Notes under the pieces: model-generated
What the model was told of the DNA's origin: nothing
Databases searched by the model: none
Seen by the model: only the letters and a program-made list of their open reading frames with translations
Program-made: the position numbers and the translations under genes
From: Deltaproteobacteria bacterium
GTDB taxonomy: Bacteria > Desulfobacterota > Desulfobacteria > Desulfobacterales > C00003060
Direction: 5' to 3'
DNA: 64,000 nt
NCBI GenBank assembly: GCA_016930875.1
Contig: JAFGFW010000014.1
Location: forward strand, 15,338 to 79,337
In this document: positions 35,672 through 45,927 of the stretch, piece by piece
Position numbering within the stretch: position 1 is the stretch's first letter
How the letters are laid out: every line of letters begins with the position of its first letter

Positions 35672-37402
35672 ATGAAAAAGAAATGGCATATCCACACACC
35701 TGATGCTGATCTGACTTGCAAGCTGGCAGACAGTTTAGGCTGTCACCGAGCTGTTGCTGCAGTCCTCATAAACCGTGGATTCGCAATACCCGACCGGGCG
35801 GCCTCTTTTCTCACCCCGGCCCTTGCCCATATTCGATCCCCTTTTCTGATGAAGGATATGGATCGGGCCGTTTCCCGCATTATCTCTGCTCTCCGCGACC
35901 ATCAAAAAATACTCATTTTCGGAGACTATGACGTGGATGGCATGACAGCCACAACGCTTCTCCTTGATTTTCTTATCTGCCTGGGCATGAACGTGGATTA
36001 TTACATTCCCGATCGCCTCACCGAAGGCTATGGGCTCAGCACCGAAGCCGTTGAAAAACAGGCAATTCCACGTAACATAAACCTTATCATTACCGTGGAT
36101 TGCGGCATCAGCAGCCACAAGGCGATCAGTGCAGCCCGTCGCGCTGGAATTGATGTCATTGTAACTGATCATCATAACCCACCTCCATGTTTGCCGGAGG
36201 CCTATGCGATTTTGAATCCTAAGCAAGCAGACTGCCCGTCAGGTTTTACATCGCTTGCGGGTGTGGGTGTGGCCTTCAATCTGGTCCTTGCCCTGCGCAA
36301 ACGCCTCAGGGATGATGGGTTTTGGTCTGCCACCGGCGGTGTGGAACCAAACCTTAAAGCCGCATGTGATCTGGTAGCCCTTGGAACAGTGGCTGATATG
36401 GTTCCGATTCTGGAAGAAAATCGTATATATGTGAAAGCAGGCCTTGAGGTTCTTTCCTCTTGGCCCCGTCCCGGTTTAAAGGCCCTCCTGGACGTTTCCG
36501 GTGTGACGAATCGCTCTGTTGACACCTGGGATGTGGCTTTTAGACTCGCGCCTCGACTGAATGCCGCTGGAAGGCTTCGCCATGGCTCCATGGGATGTGA
36601 ACTTCTGACAACTTCAAGTGATGAGACTGCTCAGAGAATCGCCGAGGAGCTTAGTCGTGAAAACAACAGAAGGAAGGACATAGAAGGCCGTATCCTCTCG
36701 GACATTACCCGGCGGCTCAAAGCCAATCCTCAACTGTTGCAAAGGTCCCTCGTCTTGGACGGACAAGGATGGCATGAAGGGGTGATCGGAATCGTTGCAT
36801 CCAGACTTGTCGACCGATATGCGCGACCCGTTGTTCTGATTTCCGTTGCCGACGGCACTGGCAAGGGATCGGCCCGAAGCCCGGAAGGATTTGATCTGTT
36901 TGAGGCCCTCAAGGGATGCGCCGGGCACCTGAAAAAATTCGGGGGGCATCAGTTTGCCGCCGGTCTGACCTTAAGGGCTGAAGACATTCCTGCTTTTCGC
37001 TCGGATTTCGAAAGACTCGTGTGCGAAAACACAACAACCATGGACTTTGCGCCCAATATCCACGTAGAGACCGAGATAGCGCCAGCAGAGATCTCTCCCA
37101 AGCTGACTAACGAGCTTGAACGACTGGCTCCGTTTGGAGCAGGCAACCCCGAACCCCTCTTTATGCTTTCAGATGTGGATGTCCTTTCTGCCCGAACTGT
37201 TGGGACCTGTCACATGAAAATGCGCTTGGCGCCTGCCAATCCGCCTGTGGCTGACCGAACCAGGCCTCTGGATGCCATAATGTTTAACGCCAATGAGTCA
37301 CTTCCGGAGAGATTCCAGCGTATTGCTTGCAATCTTCGCTGGAATAGGTGGATGGACCAAAAAAGAATTCAATTGGTAATTAAAGATTTCGTTCCAGCAT
37401 GA
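35672..37402 (+). CDS. recJ: Single-stranded-DNA-specific exonuclease RecJ
   Basis: DHH motifs (GDYDVDGMT, TVDCGI, VTDHH) and a DHHA1 region (GGHQFAAG). The start was chosen at MKKKWHIH. Confidence 0.9.
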   Translation: MKKKWHIHTPDADLTCKLADSLGCHRAVAAVLINRGFAIPDRAASFLTPALAHIRSPFLMKDMDRAVSRIISALRDHQKILIFGDYDVDGMTATTLLLDFLICLGMNVDYYIPDRLTEGYGLSTEAVEKQAIPRNINLIITVDCGISSHKAISAARRAGIDVIVTDHHNPPPCLPEAYAILNPKQADCPSGFTSLAGVGVAFNLVLALRKRLRDDGFWSATGGVEPNLKAACDLVALGTVADMVPILEENRIYVKAGLEVLSSWPRPGLKALLDVSGVTNRSVDTWDVAFRLAPRLNAAGRLRHGSMGCELLTTSSDETAQRIAEELSRENNRRKDIEGRILSDITRRLKANPQLLQRSLVLDGQGWHEGVIGIVASRLVDRYARPVVLISVADGTGKGSARSPEGFDLFEALKGCAGHLKKFGGHQFAAGLTLRAEDIPAFRSDFERLVCENTTTMDFAPNIHVETEIAPAEISPKLTNELERLAPFGAGNPEPLFMLSDVDVLSARTVGTCHMKMRLAPANPPVADRTRPLDAIMFNANESLPERFQRIACNLRWNRWMDQKRIQLVIKDFVPA

Positions 37403-37478
37403 TTTTTCTGTTGTAATTTGATGCAACCTATCATATTCTTTTTTTTAAATATACTTTTCTCAATACTATTCGGTTGTC

Positions 37479-37898
37479 ATGGCAAGAGTATTTCGTCCAA
37501 GTAATCGCGAAGCAAAGATTCTCTCCAGGATTGAAAGTTCAAAGGAACGGGCACACCAGCTTGCCATTGAGCAAATCAGGAATGTCTTTGAACCCTTGAG
37601 CAATGCCATAGCGATGAAGCTCATAGAGGATCAATTACTTGTGACAACCAGCAAAGGGGATATCGAGGAACAGATTGCGGGTTCCCTGCAAAAACTGACC
37701 CGTGCGGATGACTTTGATATTGATTACCAAATTGCCCCAATCAGAAACGTGGTGCCGCGCCCGAACTTCATAAGCCTCTATCTTACCGCATTTGTCGTGG
37801 AACAACTGATCAACCACAGAAGTGTGGAAGATATCTATGGTTCCGACGAAGAAATCTACAATTGTATTAATCGCCAGGTTGCCAAATTTGTCCTTTGA
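37479..37898 (+). CDS. Hypothetical protein (139 aa)
   Basis: Clean ORF. Its stop overlaps the start of the downstream MBL hydrolase gene (ATGA). Confidence 0.5.
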   Translation: MARVFRPSNREAKILSRIESSKERAHQLAIEQIRNVFEPLSNAIAMKLIEDQLLVTTSKGDIEEQIAGSLQKLTRADDFDIDYQIAPIRNVVPRPNFISLYLTAFVVEQLINHRSVEDIYGSDEEIYNCINRQVAKFVL

Positions 37899-38911
37899 TG
37901 AGGCCATCGTTCCATCCCAGGCTTGTTAATAGCCCTTTTGAGGACCCTGTCCTCTTTATACCATTTTTCTTTGAAAAACGAGCCCTTCTCTTCGACATGG
38001 GAGACCTGCACAGCCTCCCCGCGAAAGAAATCCTCAAGCTCACCCATGCCTTTGTGACCCACACACACATGGACCATTTTATCGGCTTTGATAGCCTCCT
38101 TCGCATCTTCCTGGGTCGCGAAAAAACTTTGCACCTGTTTGGTCCTCCTCGCTTTCTTCAAAACGTTGAAGGAAAACTGGCGGGCTATACCTGGAACCTG
38201 GTCATGAACTACGATAACCGATTCTCGCTCAAAGCCACGGAAGTCCATCCGGATCATACCTTGACCAGGGTATACCACTGCAGGAAGGCATTTAGGTCCA
38301 CCCAACTGCCAGAGCAAGCCCCTTTTGACGGAATGCTTCTGAAAGAACCCGCCTTTTCCGTACACGCCATCCATCTTGATCACAAGGTTCCTTGTCTGGC
38401 CTTTGGGCTTGAGGAACGGTTTCATGTCAACATCATGAAGGATCGCCTGAAAGGACTCGGCATACCTGTTGGGCCATGGCTGAAAACATTCAAAGAGGCG
38501 CTGTACGACGAACGTGATCCTGATGAGGGTTTTCAGGTTGTCTGGAAAGAAGACGGCAAAGAAAAGCAACGTAGGTTCCGTCTGGCCGATCTTACCCGGC
38601 AAATCGCCCATGTCTCACCAGGACAAAAGATAATCTACATTGTTGATGTGGTGTTCACTCCCGGAAATGTCGAAAAAATTGTTGATTTTGCCAGCAATGC
38701 CGACCAGCTCTTTATCGAGGGAGCCTTTCTTGATGCAGAAGCGGATGTGGCACGGGAAAAATACCACCTGACTGCAAAACAAGCCGGCATGCTTGCTCAA
38801 AAGGCCGGCGTCAAGCATTTCACCCTGTTTCATTTCTCGCCCAGATATGCCCACGCTGCGCATTTGCTCCAACAAGAGGCTCACAGGGCATTTTCAGTCC
38901 GCGCCCCATAG
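37895..38911 (+). CDS. MBL-fold metallo-hydrolase (RNase Z-like)
   Basis: THTHMDH motif; 338 aa. Confidence 0.75.
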   Translation: MMRPSFHPRLVNSPFEDPVLFIPFFFEKRALLFDMGDLHSLPAKEILKLTHAFVTHTHMDHFIGFDSLLRIFLGREKTLHLFGPPRFLQNVEGKLAGYTWNLVMNYDNRFSLKATEVHPDHTLTRVYHCRKAFRSTQLPEQAPFDGMLLKEPAFSVHAIHLDHKVPCLAFGLEERFHVNIMKDRLKGLGIPVGPWLKTFKEALYDERDPDEGFQVVWKEDGKEKQRRFRLADLTRQIAHVSPGQKIIYIVDVVFTPGNVEKIVDFASNADQLFIEGAFLDAEADVAREKYHLTAKQAGMLAQKAGVKHFTLFHFSPRYAHAAHLLQQEAHRAFSVRAP

Positions 38912-39032
38912 CGGAATGACGGGTTGCCAGATCTTTGGTCTGACCTGTGAGACTGCTTCGGGTGAGGCCTGTCTTGTCGACACGGCAAGGCATCTGGTGT
39001 AGTGTATACAGAACAAGGAGGTGCATACAACC

Positions 39033-39353
39033 ATGAGCACAGTCACGCTCTCCACCAGGTTGGCAAAAGACGAAGCCAGAAAAATCGACGAACTTGCGGG
39101 GGGACTTGGCCTTGATCGCGGTTCCTTGCTCAAGCAGCGTATCCGTAACGGATACGCTGACATTCAGACCAGAAGAGCGTTTGATGCGTACCGCCACGGA
39201 ACCATAACGCTTTCACGCGCCGCTGAAATCGCAGGTCTGAGCTTGCGCGATATGTTGCTGCAATTGCCGGAGGAGTCTAACACGGCTGACCGGCAAAGCC
39301 TATTAGGATCGCACCAGCAAAGCTGGTGGTTTAACTGGATTAGTTATTTTTGA
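39033..39353 (+). CDS. UPF0175-like antitoxin-family protein, orphan and probably degenerate
   Basis: An RHH-like N-terminus (TVTLSTRLAKDEARKIDELA) is followed by GTITLSRAAEIAGLSLRDMLLQL, typical of UPF0175. The C-terminus runs into a REP-like sequence and there is no toxin gene downstream. Confidence 0.4.
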   Translation: MSTVTLSTRLAKDEARKIDELAGGLGLDRGSLLKQRIRNGYADIQTRRAFDAYRHGTITLSRAAEIAGLSLRDMLLQLPEESNTADRQSLLGSHQQSWWFNWISYF

Positions 39354-39367
39354 GCGAGCCCTAGGCA

Positions 39368-41071
39368 TCACCTGCGAGCCTGAATCCTCTGGAAGCGAGC
39401 CGAGGCAGCGGGACTGATCTCCTCAATGTAGTTCTTGATACCTGTCACAATGGCATCGGCCAACTCTTCCTGGTATGCTGCAGTGTTCAGCCTCCGGCAC
39501 TCTCTTGGATTGGAAATAAAGGCTGCCTCTACCAATATGCAGGGCATTTCAGCCCCAAGAAGCACATAAAAGGGGGCGTGTTTCACTCCCTTGTCCTTAA
39601 TATGCTTGAATTTTGTCTTCAGTTTCCAGACCATGGCTCCTTGAACGTATCCCGCAAGACGACTCGATTCGTTGACCTTGGAATTCTTCATGAGGTCATT
39701 CAGGATAGACTCAAGGTCACTGATGTTCTTGGCCGACGTAGCGTTCTCACGGGCAGCAACCAGAATTGCGTCATCATCGGTAGCCAGATTCAAGAAATAG
39801 GTCTCAATGCCACAGGAATACCTGTTTTTGTGGGCATTCGCGTGAATGGAGACAAACATGTCGGCATTTTTCGTGTTGGCAATGGCCGTTCGTTCCTCAA
39901 GGGAAAGAAAAATGTCTTTATCCCTGGTCAGTATTGCCTCGCAGCCTAGCCTCTCACGTATCTTTTTGGCCAACCTCCTGGAGACCTCCAAGGTGACGTT
40001 TTTCTCTACAACTCTCTTAAAGTATCCAATAGCCCCGGGGTCCTTGCCGCCATGTCCCGGGTCAATGACAATCCGTCTTACACCAAGCGCCAGTTGCTTG
40101 GCCAAAGATCCGTTGAGCATGTTGCCACCCGGTTTTGCCATCTCCTGCTTAAAGGGCTTTTTTGATGAGCGCTTCCTCGGAATTCCGTTCACGTCAAGGA
40201 CAACCCGAAAAGGATTCTTCAACGAGAATATCTTGAACTTCTTAATCGATTTGATATCTAACACCACCCGCACCTTATCTGGTGTATACTGAGCCGCACG
40301 GGCATCACTCAAGAGGTCATCACCAATCGGTACAACAGGCTTCAGGTTGGCGCCCATCCTCGCGCTGTCAATATCAATGTAAAGGCGCTGGGGCTTGCCA
40401 ATGGCCGGATCTTTTCTCAACAGGCGATAGGCGAACGGCACATCTCTTTCCACATCAATGACCACTCGCGTATAGCTTGGATTGGACCAAACCCTCATAT
40501 CGCTCACCTCGGCAAGCAATGTCTCTGCGGGCTTGTTTTCTTTTTCATCAAGGGGCTCCTCGTAACCTTCCGGCAAGGGATCAGTTTTCCTGACACCTTT
40601 TTTCATCGCTAGAGAGCCGGTCCTGGTCTGCTTGGAACTGGGCCTCTTCTTGCCTTCACGCAACTCGGCAATCGCCTTTTTCGCCTTAGACCGGTAAGGG
40701 CTTTTCAGAAAACGTCTCAATAATCGACAGTAGTGATCCACAGCCTCCTGTCTGTCATTCAGTTTGCCTGAAAGCTCGTACAGCCTGGAATACAAACGGC
40801 CTATCATAAAGAGGGCATCATCTGCTCTGACTCCGTCCGGGTGGGCTGCATACACAGACTCAGCTCTTTTGATACATGCAAGCCACTCATGCCGACTCTT
40901 TTGCTTTTGGGGGTCCTTCAGGAGCTTCTTGTAGCTCGATTCAGCCTGGCGATACTGGTATTCGATGCTTGCCGCGGCAACAGAAGGGTTGCATAGAGAA
41001 GAAAGAAAGAGGGAAAAAAGCACGGGCAGGGATTTCTTCAGGTTCATAACAGAAATATGGGCATCCTTCAT
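39368..41071 (-). CDS. N-acetylmuramoyl-L-alanine amidase AmiC-type with AMIN domain and TPR-like N-terminal region
   Basis: It has a signal peptide, an AMIN-like block (VRVWSNPSYTRVVIDV...RLYIDI) and the amidase_3 block VIDPGHGGKDPGAIG. Confidence 0.85.
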   Translation of the reverse strand: MKDAHISVMNLKKSLPVLFSLFLSSLCNPSVAAASIEYQYRQAESSYKKLLKDPQKQKSRHEWLACIKRAESVYAAHPDGVRADDALFMIGRLYSRLYELSGKLNDRQEAVDHYCRLLRRFLKSPYRSKAKKAIAELREGKKRPSSKQTRTGSLAMKKGVRKTDPLPEGYEEPLDEKENKPAETLLAEVSDMRVWSNPSYTRVVIDVERDVPFAYRLLRKDPAIGKPQRLYIDIDSARMGANLKPVVPIGDDLLSDARAAQYTPDKVRVVLDIKSIKKFKIFSLKNPFRVVLDVNGIPRKRSSKKPFKQEMAKPGGNMLNGSLAKQLALGVRRIVIDPGHGGKDPGAIGYFKRVVEKNVTLEVSRRLAKKIRERLGCEAILTRDKDIFLSLEERTAIANTKNADMFVSIHANAHKNRYSCGIETYFLNLATDDDAILVAARENATSAKNISDLESILNDLMKNSKVNESSRLAGYVQGAMVWKLKTKFKHIKDKGVKHAPFYVLLGAEMPCILVEAAFISNPRECRRLNTAAYQEELADAIVTGIKNYIEEISPAASARFQRIQARR

Positions 41072-41194
41072 TCAGGGCAAAAAATTAGTTTACACTTACC
41101 TAACCCGGATTAACCAGAACCAAACATCTAACGAAGTTGCTACATTTTTTTGTTCACCGCAGAGTCGCAGAGGACGCAAAGTAGTTTATTTTTT

Positions 41195-41219
41195 GAATTG
41201 TCGTGAGAGGCGACAATTC
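41195..41219. repeat. Perfect 9-bp hairpin GAATTGTCG-TGAGAGG-CGACAATTC (extendable by flanking T/A runs)
   Basis: Read directly from the sequence. Loop TGAGAGG is the reverse complement of the loop of the 41284-41318 hairpin. Confidence 0.8.
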
Positions 41220-41283
41220 AAAAACCAAGCTGTCTGATCTAAATGCAATATACCTTCGCATGACAAGTTTAATAATGCGTTTC

Positions 41284-41318
41284 TTTTTGTTTTTCGTCCT
41301 CTCAACGAAAAACAAAAA
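41284..41318. repeat. Perfect 14-bp hairpin TTTTTGTTTTTCGT-CCTCTCA-ACGAAAAACAAAAA
   Basis: Read directly from the sequence. It lies in the mutS-amidase spacer. Confidence 0.8.
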
Positions 41319-41367
41319 AACTCCTAAACTCTGCGTTCTTTGCGTCTCAGCGGTGAGACATAGATTC

Positions 41368-41393
41368 TTTCTGCCAGAAAAAACACGAATTTC
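41368..41393. repeat. Dispersed 26-nt repeat, copy 2
   Basis: 25/26 identical to 13765-13790. It starts 2 nt from the mutS stop codon. Confidence 0.75.
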
Positions 41394-41394
41394 A

Positions 41395-44007
41395 TCACAA
41401 AAGCTCCTTTAGAGCATGCAACCGGTTTAGTGCCTCAAGGGGTGTTATGGTGTCGATATCCATTTTCTTCAGGGTATTGATAACGACTTGGTCTGTAGTA
41501 TTAAAGAGAGGGAGCTGAACGCCTGAGATCGAATCTGCCCCTTTTGGGGAACGACCGACCTGAGGTATCCCCACCCCGTCAAACTCACCCGCTTCTATGT
41601 TTTTCAATATCTCTCTGGCTCTCTTGACAACGTCTTCTGGAACACCGGCCAGGCGAGCTACCTGGATGCCGTAACTCCTGTTGGTGCTCCCGTCAACCAA
41701 TTTCCTGAGAAAGATAATCTCGTCATTCCATTCCTTGACCGCAACATTGCAGTTTTTTACACGGGGTTTGGTGAGGGCCAGGTCCGTCAACTCATGGTAG
41801 TGTGTGGCAAATACGGCCTTGATCCCTTGTCCTTTCCAGTCGTGGAGATATTCGGCCACGGCCCACGCTATGCTCAGACCGTCAAAGGTGCTGGTCCCCC
41901 GTCCGATTTCGTCCAGAATGACAAGGCTTTTCCCGGTGGCGTTGTTCAAGATATTGGCGCTCTCCTGCATCTCAACCATGAAAGTGCTCTGGCCTTGGGC
42001 AAGGTTATCAGATGCGCCAACCCGGGTGAAGATTCGATCCACAATCCCTATGGCCGCCTCCTGTGCCGGAACAAAGGATCCCATCTGAGCCATTAGGACT
42101 AACAGGGCCACCTGGCGAAGGACAGTCGATTTTCCGGCCATGTTCGGCCCGGTAATGATGAGCACCTGCCGCGATGTGTCGTCCATTTCAATGGTGTTGG
42201 GAACAAATCTCTCTGAAGTGATCATCTTCTCAACGACCGGATGACGACTCTCCTTTAACAAAAGGCTCCCTTCTTCATGCACTGCAGGCTTGGTGTAACC
42301 ATTTTGGTCGGCAAGTTCGGCCAGACCAACCAGGACATCCACCTGGGAGACCAGGCCGGCCATTTTGCCGATGCGGCGATTACCTTGAGCCACCTTTTTT
42401 CGTACCGTGCAGAACAACTCATACTCCAACTGGGCCCGTTTCTCTTCCGCTCCAAGGACCTTTGATTCATAGGTTTTGAGGTCTTCGGAAATATAACGCT
42501 CTCCGTTCACCAGGGTCTGCTTGCGCACGTAGTGAGACGGCACTGATTTGATATGTGTCTTGGAAACCTCGATATAGTACCCAAAAACCTTGTTGAATCC
42601 AACTTTCAGGGAGTTGATACCGGTAGCCTTCCGCTCCCTGGCCTCCAATCGTGAAATCCAATCCTTGCCTTCCTGGCTTATGCGAATCAATTCATCGAGC
42701 CCCTGATCAAAGCCAGGCCTAATAATGCCCCCTTCCCGGAGAGTTAGGGGCGGTTCGTCGGAGATGGCGCTCTCGAGCAAACGCCCAATGTCGGCAAGAT
42801 CGTCCCACTCGCCCTTGATCTTTGAGAAATCGCCGCTTCTATACCCCTCAATAAGAGCCAGTATCCGTGGAAGTCTCTCGATAGAGCGCTTCATCGCCAC
42901 CATGTCCCGGGCATTACACCGGTCGAGGGCAATTTTGGCATTCAGACGCTCAAGGTCATAGATCTCGTCCATGGCCTCCCTTAGTGAACGTCTGACAAGA
43001 AGATTCTCCTTGGCCTCTTCAACGCTGTCCAGCCTCTGTTGGATTTTGCCGATATCCAAAAGGGGATACTGAAGCCATGTTCGCAGTTTCCGCCCACCCA
43101 TGGCTGTTACTGTGCAGTCCATCACGCCCAGGAGGGAACCACGTCTTGCCCCGGTTCGAATAGTCTCAAAGAGCTCCAAGTTCCTTTTTGTCGCCTCATC
43201 TATTACCATAAAATCAGATAGGGAGTATGACACGATGCCCGTTAGATGGACAAGATCTCCTTTGTGTGTGTCATCCACATAACGCAACAGACCTCCTGCG
43301 GCAGCAATTCCGGCCTGCCATTCATGGCAGCCAAACCCTTCCAGCGAACTGGTCTTAAACTGCCTGAAAAGTCGCGCTCGAGACGATTCAAGTTCAAAGG
43401 TCTCGTCTTTCAAAAAGCATATTGAGGTTTGATTAAGGCCGTGTATTAGCGCCTTGACTTGCGCTTCTTCGCGCTGTGATTCGGCAATCAGAGTTTCCCG
43501 TGGCTCTATGCGCCTGCACTCATCCAATACCTCATCGAATTCTCTTGACTCTGTGACCTTGAAAGTCCCTGTGGAGATGTCCAGATTTGCAATACCGAAG
43601 CTTCCCTGCCACAAATAAAGGGCCATGAGGAAATTGTTCGATTTTGAATCCAAGATATCGGTGTCAAGAACCAGCCCTGGCGTTATGACGCGCACGACAT
43701 CTCTTTTTACAAGGCCCTTGGACTTTGCCGGGTCCTCCACCTGATCGCAGATGGCCACTTTGAAACCGTGTTCGATCAATTGCGCAACATAGGACTGGGC
43801 AGCGTGGTGGGGAACACCACACATGGGAATCGCTTCTTGGTCTTTTTTGTTTCGGGAGGTCAGGGCAATTTCAAGAATTCGAGATGCAACCTTGGCATCT
43901 TCAAAGAACATCTCGTAAAAATCGCCCATCCGGAAAAACAGGATGGCATCAGGGTAGTTATGTTTGATGGACAGGTATTGCTGAACCATCGGGGTGGCTT
44001 TAGCCAT
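41395..44007 (-). CDS. mutS: DNA mismatch repair protein MutS
   Basis: 870 aa with N-terminal MVQQYLSIK...FYEMFFEDA, Walker A GPNMAGKST and STFMVEM. Confidence 0.95.
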   Translation of the reverse strand: MAKATPMVQQYLSIKHNYPDAILFFRMGDFYEMFFEDAKVASRILEIALTSRNKKDQEAIPMCGVPHHAAQSYVAQLIEHGFKVAICDQVEDPAKSKGLVKRDVVRVITPGLVLDTDILDSKSNNFLMALYLWQGSFGIANLDISTGTFKVTESREFDEVLDECRRIEPRETLIAESQREEAQVKALIHGLNQTSICFLKDETFELESSRARLFRQFKTSSLEGFGCHEWQAGIAAAGGLLRYVDDTHKGDLVHLTGIVSYSLSDFMVIDEATKRNLELFETIRTGARRGSLLGVMDCTVTAMGGRKLRTWLQYPLLDIGKIQQRLDSVEEAKENLLVRRSLREAMDEIYDLERLNAKIALDRCNARDMVAMKRSIERLPRILALIEGYRSGDFSKIKGEWDDLADIGRLLESAISDEPPLTLREGGIIRPGFDQGLDELIRISQEGKDWISRLEARERKATGINSLKVGFNKVFGYYIEVSKTHIKSVPSHYVRKQTLVNGERYISEDLKTYESKVLGAEEKRAQLEYELFCTVRKKVAQGNRRIGKMAGLVSQVDVLVGLAELADQNGYTKPAVHEEGSLLLKESRHPVVEKMITSERFVPNTIEMDDTSRQVLIITGPNMAGKSTVLRQVALLVLMAQMGSFVPAQEAAIGIVDRIFTRVGASDNLAQGQSTFMVEMQESANILNNATGKSLVILDEIGRGTSTFDGLSIAWAVAEYLHDWKGQGIKAVFATHYHELTDLALTKPRVKNCNVAVKEWNDEIIFLRKLVDGSTNRSYGIQVARLAGVPEDVVKRAREILKNIEAGEFDGVGIPQVGRSPKGADSISGVQLPLFNTTDQVVINTLKKMDIDTITPLEALNRLHALKELL

Positions 44008-44079
44008 GACAGCACAACAGGAATTTCCTCTGACTTCTCTTCTGCCTTTGAGCCTTCAGCTTTCAGCTTTGATCTTCAA

Positions 44080-44427
44080 TCAGATGCTTCCGCTTTCTTT
44101 CTGAGGAGTTTGTTCCTCTGCAATAGGCAGGCTTTTTAGGACCTTTATTTCTTCCTCCAGCTTCCTGATGGTCTCTTGATGGTTTTGCAGGGTCTTCTTT
44201 GTCTTAAAGCGTTCGCTCAACCCATGAAAATAAGAGAGAAGGAGCCCTGCAAGCAAGAATCCGAGAAAATATACAGATAAAGGAACTGGCTGGCCTTCAC
44301 CGCTCCATAGCAAAAGGTTAAGCCTTAAGGATTTCTCGTCCATGAAAACGTCAATATTCTGCACGACTACAATCACCAAAAAAATGATCACCAGAGAAAG
44401 TAACAGAGGCTTGAAAGATCTCATCAC
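44080..44427 (-). CDS. LapA/DUF1049-like inner-membrane protein
   Basis: 115 aa with two TM helices and then a coiled-coil tail. The assignment is tentative. Confidence 0.4.
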   Translation of the reverse strand: MMRSFKPLLLSLVIIFLVIVVVQNIDVFMDEKSLRLNLLLWSGEGQPVPLSVYFLGFLLAGLLLSYFHGLSERFKTKKTLQNHQETIRKLEEEIKVLKSLPIAEEQTPQKESGSI

Positions 44428-44436
44428 AAATTCTCC

Positions 44437-44925
44437 TTATCTTCTAGCTACTTCTAAAGCTTTAAAATGCGGTTTCAGGTTTCCGTAAGTCGCCTCCAAA
44501 TGCTCCGGAATTACGCGAACTTCGGCAAAGACTGTCATCGCATTCGTGTCGCCGTGCCAGCGCGGAACAATATGAAAGTGAAGATGTTGCTCTACCCCTG
44601 CGCCTGCCACTACGCCCAGATTAAGCCCCACGTTAAATCCATCAGGGTTCATCACTTTCTTGAGCATCCCGATGGAGTCTCTGACCGTCTTCAAAAGATC
44701 ACTCATCTCCTCCAATGTCAGATCGTCCAAGGAAGCTATGTGCCTTTTGGGAGCAACCAAAAGATGGCCATTAATATATGGATACTTATTCATCATGACC
44801 ATTGAAAGAGATCCCCTGTATAGAGTGAGGCTTCCTTGATCGGACAGAGCAACACAGAAGATGCACTCTTGTTCCTTTTCGCCCAATATGTAATCCATGC
44901 GCCATGGAGCCCATAATGTCTTCAC
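44437..44925 (-). CDS. HIT-family nucleotide hydrolase/transferase
   Basis: Histidine-triad motif HLHFHIVPRW. Confidence 0.8.
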   Translation of the reverse strand: MKTLWAPWRMDYILGEKEQECIFCVALSDQGSLTLYRGSLSMVMMNKYPYINGHLLVAPKRHIASLDDLTLEEMSDLLKTVRDSIGMLKKVMNPDGFNVGLNLGVVAGAGVEQHLHFHIVPRWHGDTNAMTVFAEVRVIPEHLEATYGNLKPHFKALEVARR

Positions 44926-45156
44926 TAGTTGCGCCTCACACGACCGGTCTCACAGGATCCTGATGGCAATCCGTGCCCATCAATTTTATAGCACTATAAC
45001 AAAGTTAGCTGAAAAAACAACCCCTTTTCCACAGTCTCCATAGGACTCCGTCATGTAAACATGTATCACCCACGAAACTGCAGACTTTCTCACTGAATAA
45101 ATCTTTGGAAAACCCGATTGAGTTTGACGTTGTCATGCTCAGATTAGTTATGGTCG

Positions 45157-45915
45157 CTAACCAAGCCCGACCAACTCCACCGTACCCCATACGCCCATCT
45201 GGTCGTCCAGTATGACAACAACACCAAGGACTCCCTGGATATCTCCCGCCAGACGGATTGCAGAAACAACGTCTTCTTTCTTAGAAACCACGTTTCCTAT
45301 GGTCGTGGCAGTTGCGTCTGCAAGTGCCGCAGATTCTGAGATTACAACGACTGCGTCAGAGCTTCCGAAGCTGATGGAATGCCCAACACTACCCGAAGAG
45401 GTGCAAACCGCCATAGGCGTTTCCGGCGAATCTATTCGCACGCCCAGCTTACCGCTTAAGGGAGAAGGCCCAGCAAATATGGCTACAGTCAAGGGAAATG
45501 TTGTACAGATGAAAATATCTCCCCCGTTTTCAATCATAACCTCTTTGCTATAGCTCAAGAGATCTCTTCCGACATACTCGGCCACCGCGCCTGCAACGGC
45601 GGCCATGGGGCCAACACCCGCCTTCTGGCTCGCCTCTATCATGGTCCTGACAATGGGCGGCGCAAGGTGATCATCAGAAAGTGGCGTCAGGCTCTCAACA
45701 AAGTCCGGATGGTCCTCGGCGTATCTTTCCAACGGCACTCTATGTTTCAGGACCAAATCCCTGGTTTCCCTTTCAAGGGGCCTCTGAGCCCTGACCAGCA
45801 AATCAGTTTCCTTCACAACTACACGAAAAGATTCAAGCTTGTCGTCCGTAACAAGACTGCGGTAGAAGCGATGTTGGTAATCTCTCATTTTCATTTCCCA
45901 TCTGGTATCATGCAT
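45157..45915 (-). CDS. UPF0280/ApbE-like family protein
   Basis: 252 aa. The pattern resembles UPF0280 proteins, recalled from memory only. Confidence 0.4.
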   Translation of the reverse strand: MHDTRWEMKMRDYQHRFYRSLVTDDKLESFRVVVKETDLLVRAQRPLERETRDLVLKHRVPLERYAEDHPDFVESLTPLSDDHLAPPIVRTMIEASQKAGVGPMAAVAGAVAEYVGRDLLSYSKEVMIENGGDIFICTTFPLTVAIFAGPSPLSGKLGVRIDSPETPMAVCTSSGSVGHSISFGSSDAVVVISESAALADATATTIGNVVSKKEDVVSAIRLAGDIQGVLGVVVILDDQMGVWGTVELVGLG

Positions 45916-45927
45916 CCTGCAACCGAC

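Noticed and set aside
37856-38611. 251-aa minus-strand ORF
   Set aside because: It is antisense to the MBL-fold hydrolase gene (HTHMDH motif) and has no domains.
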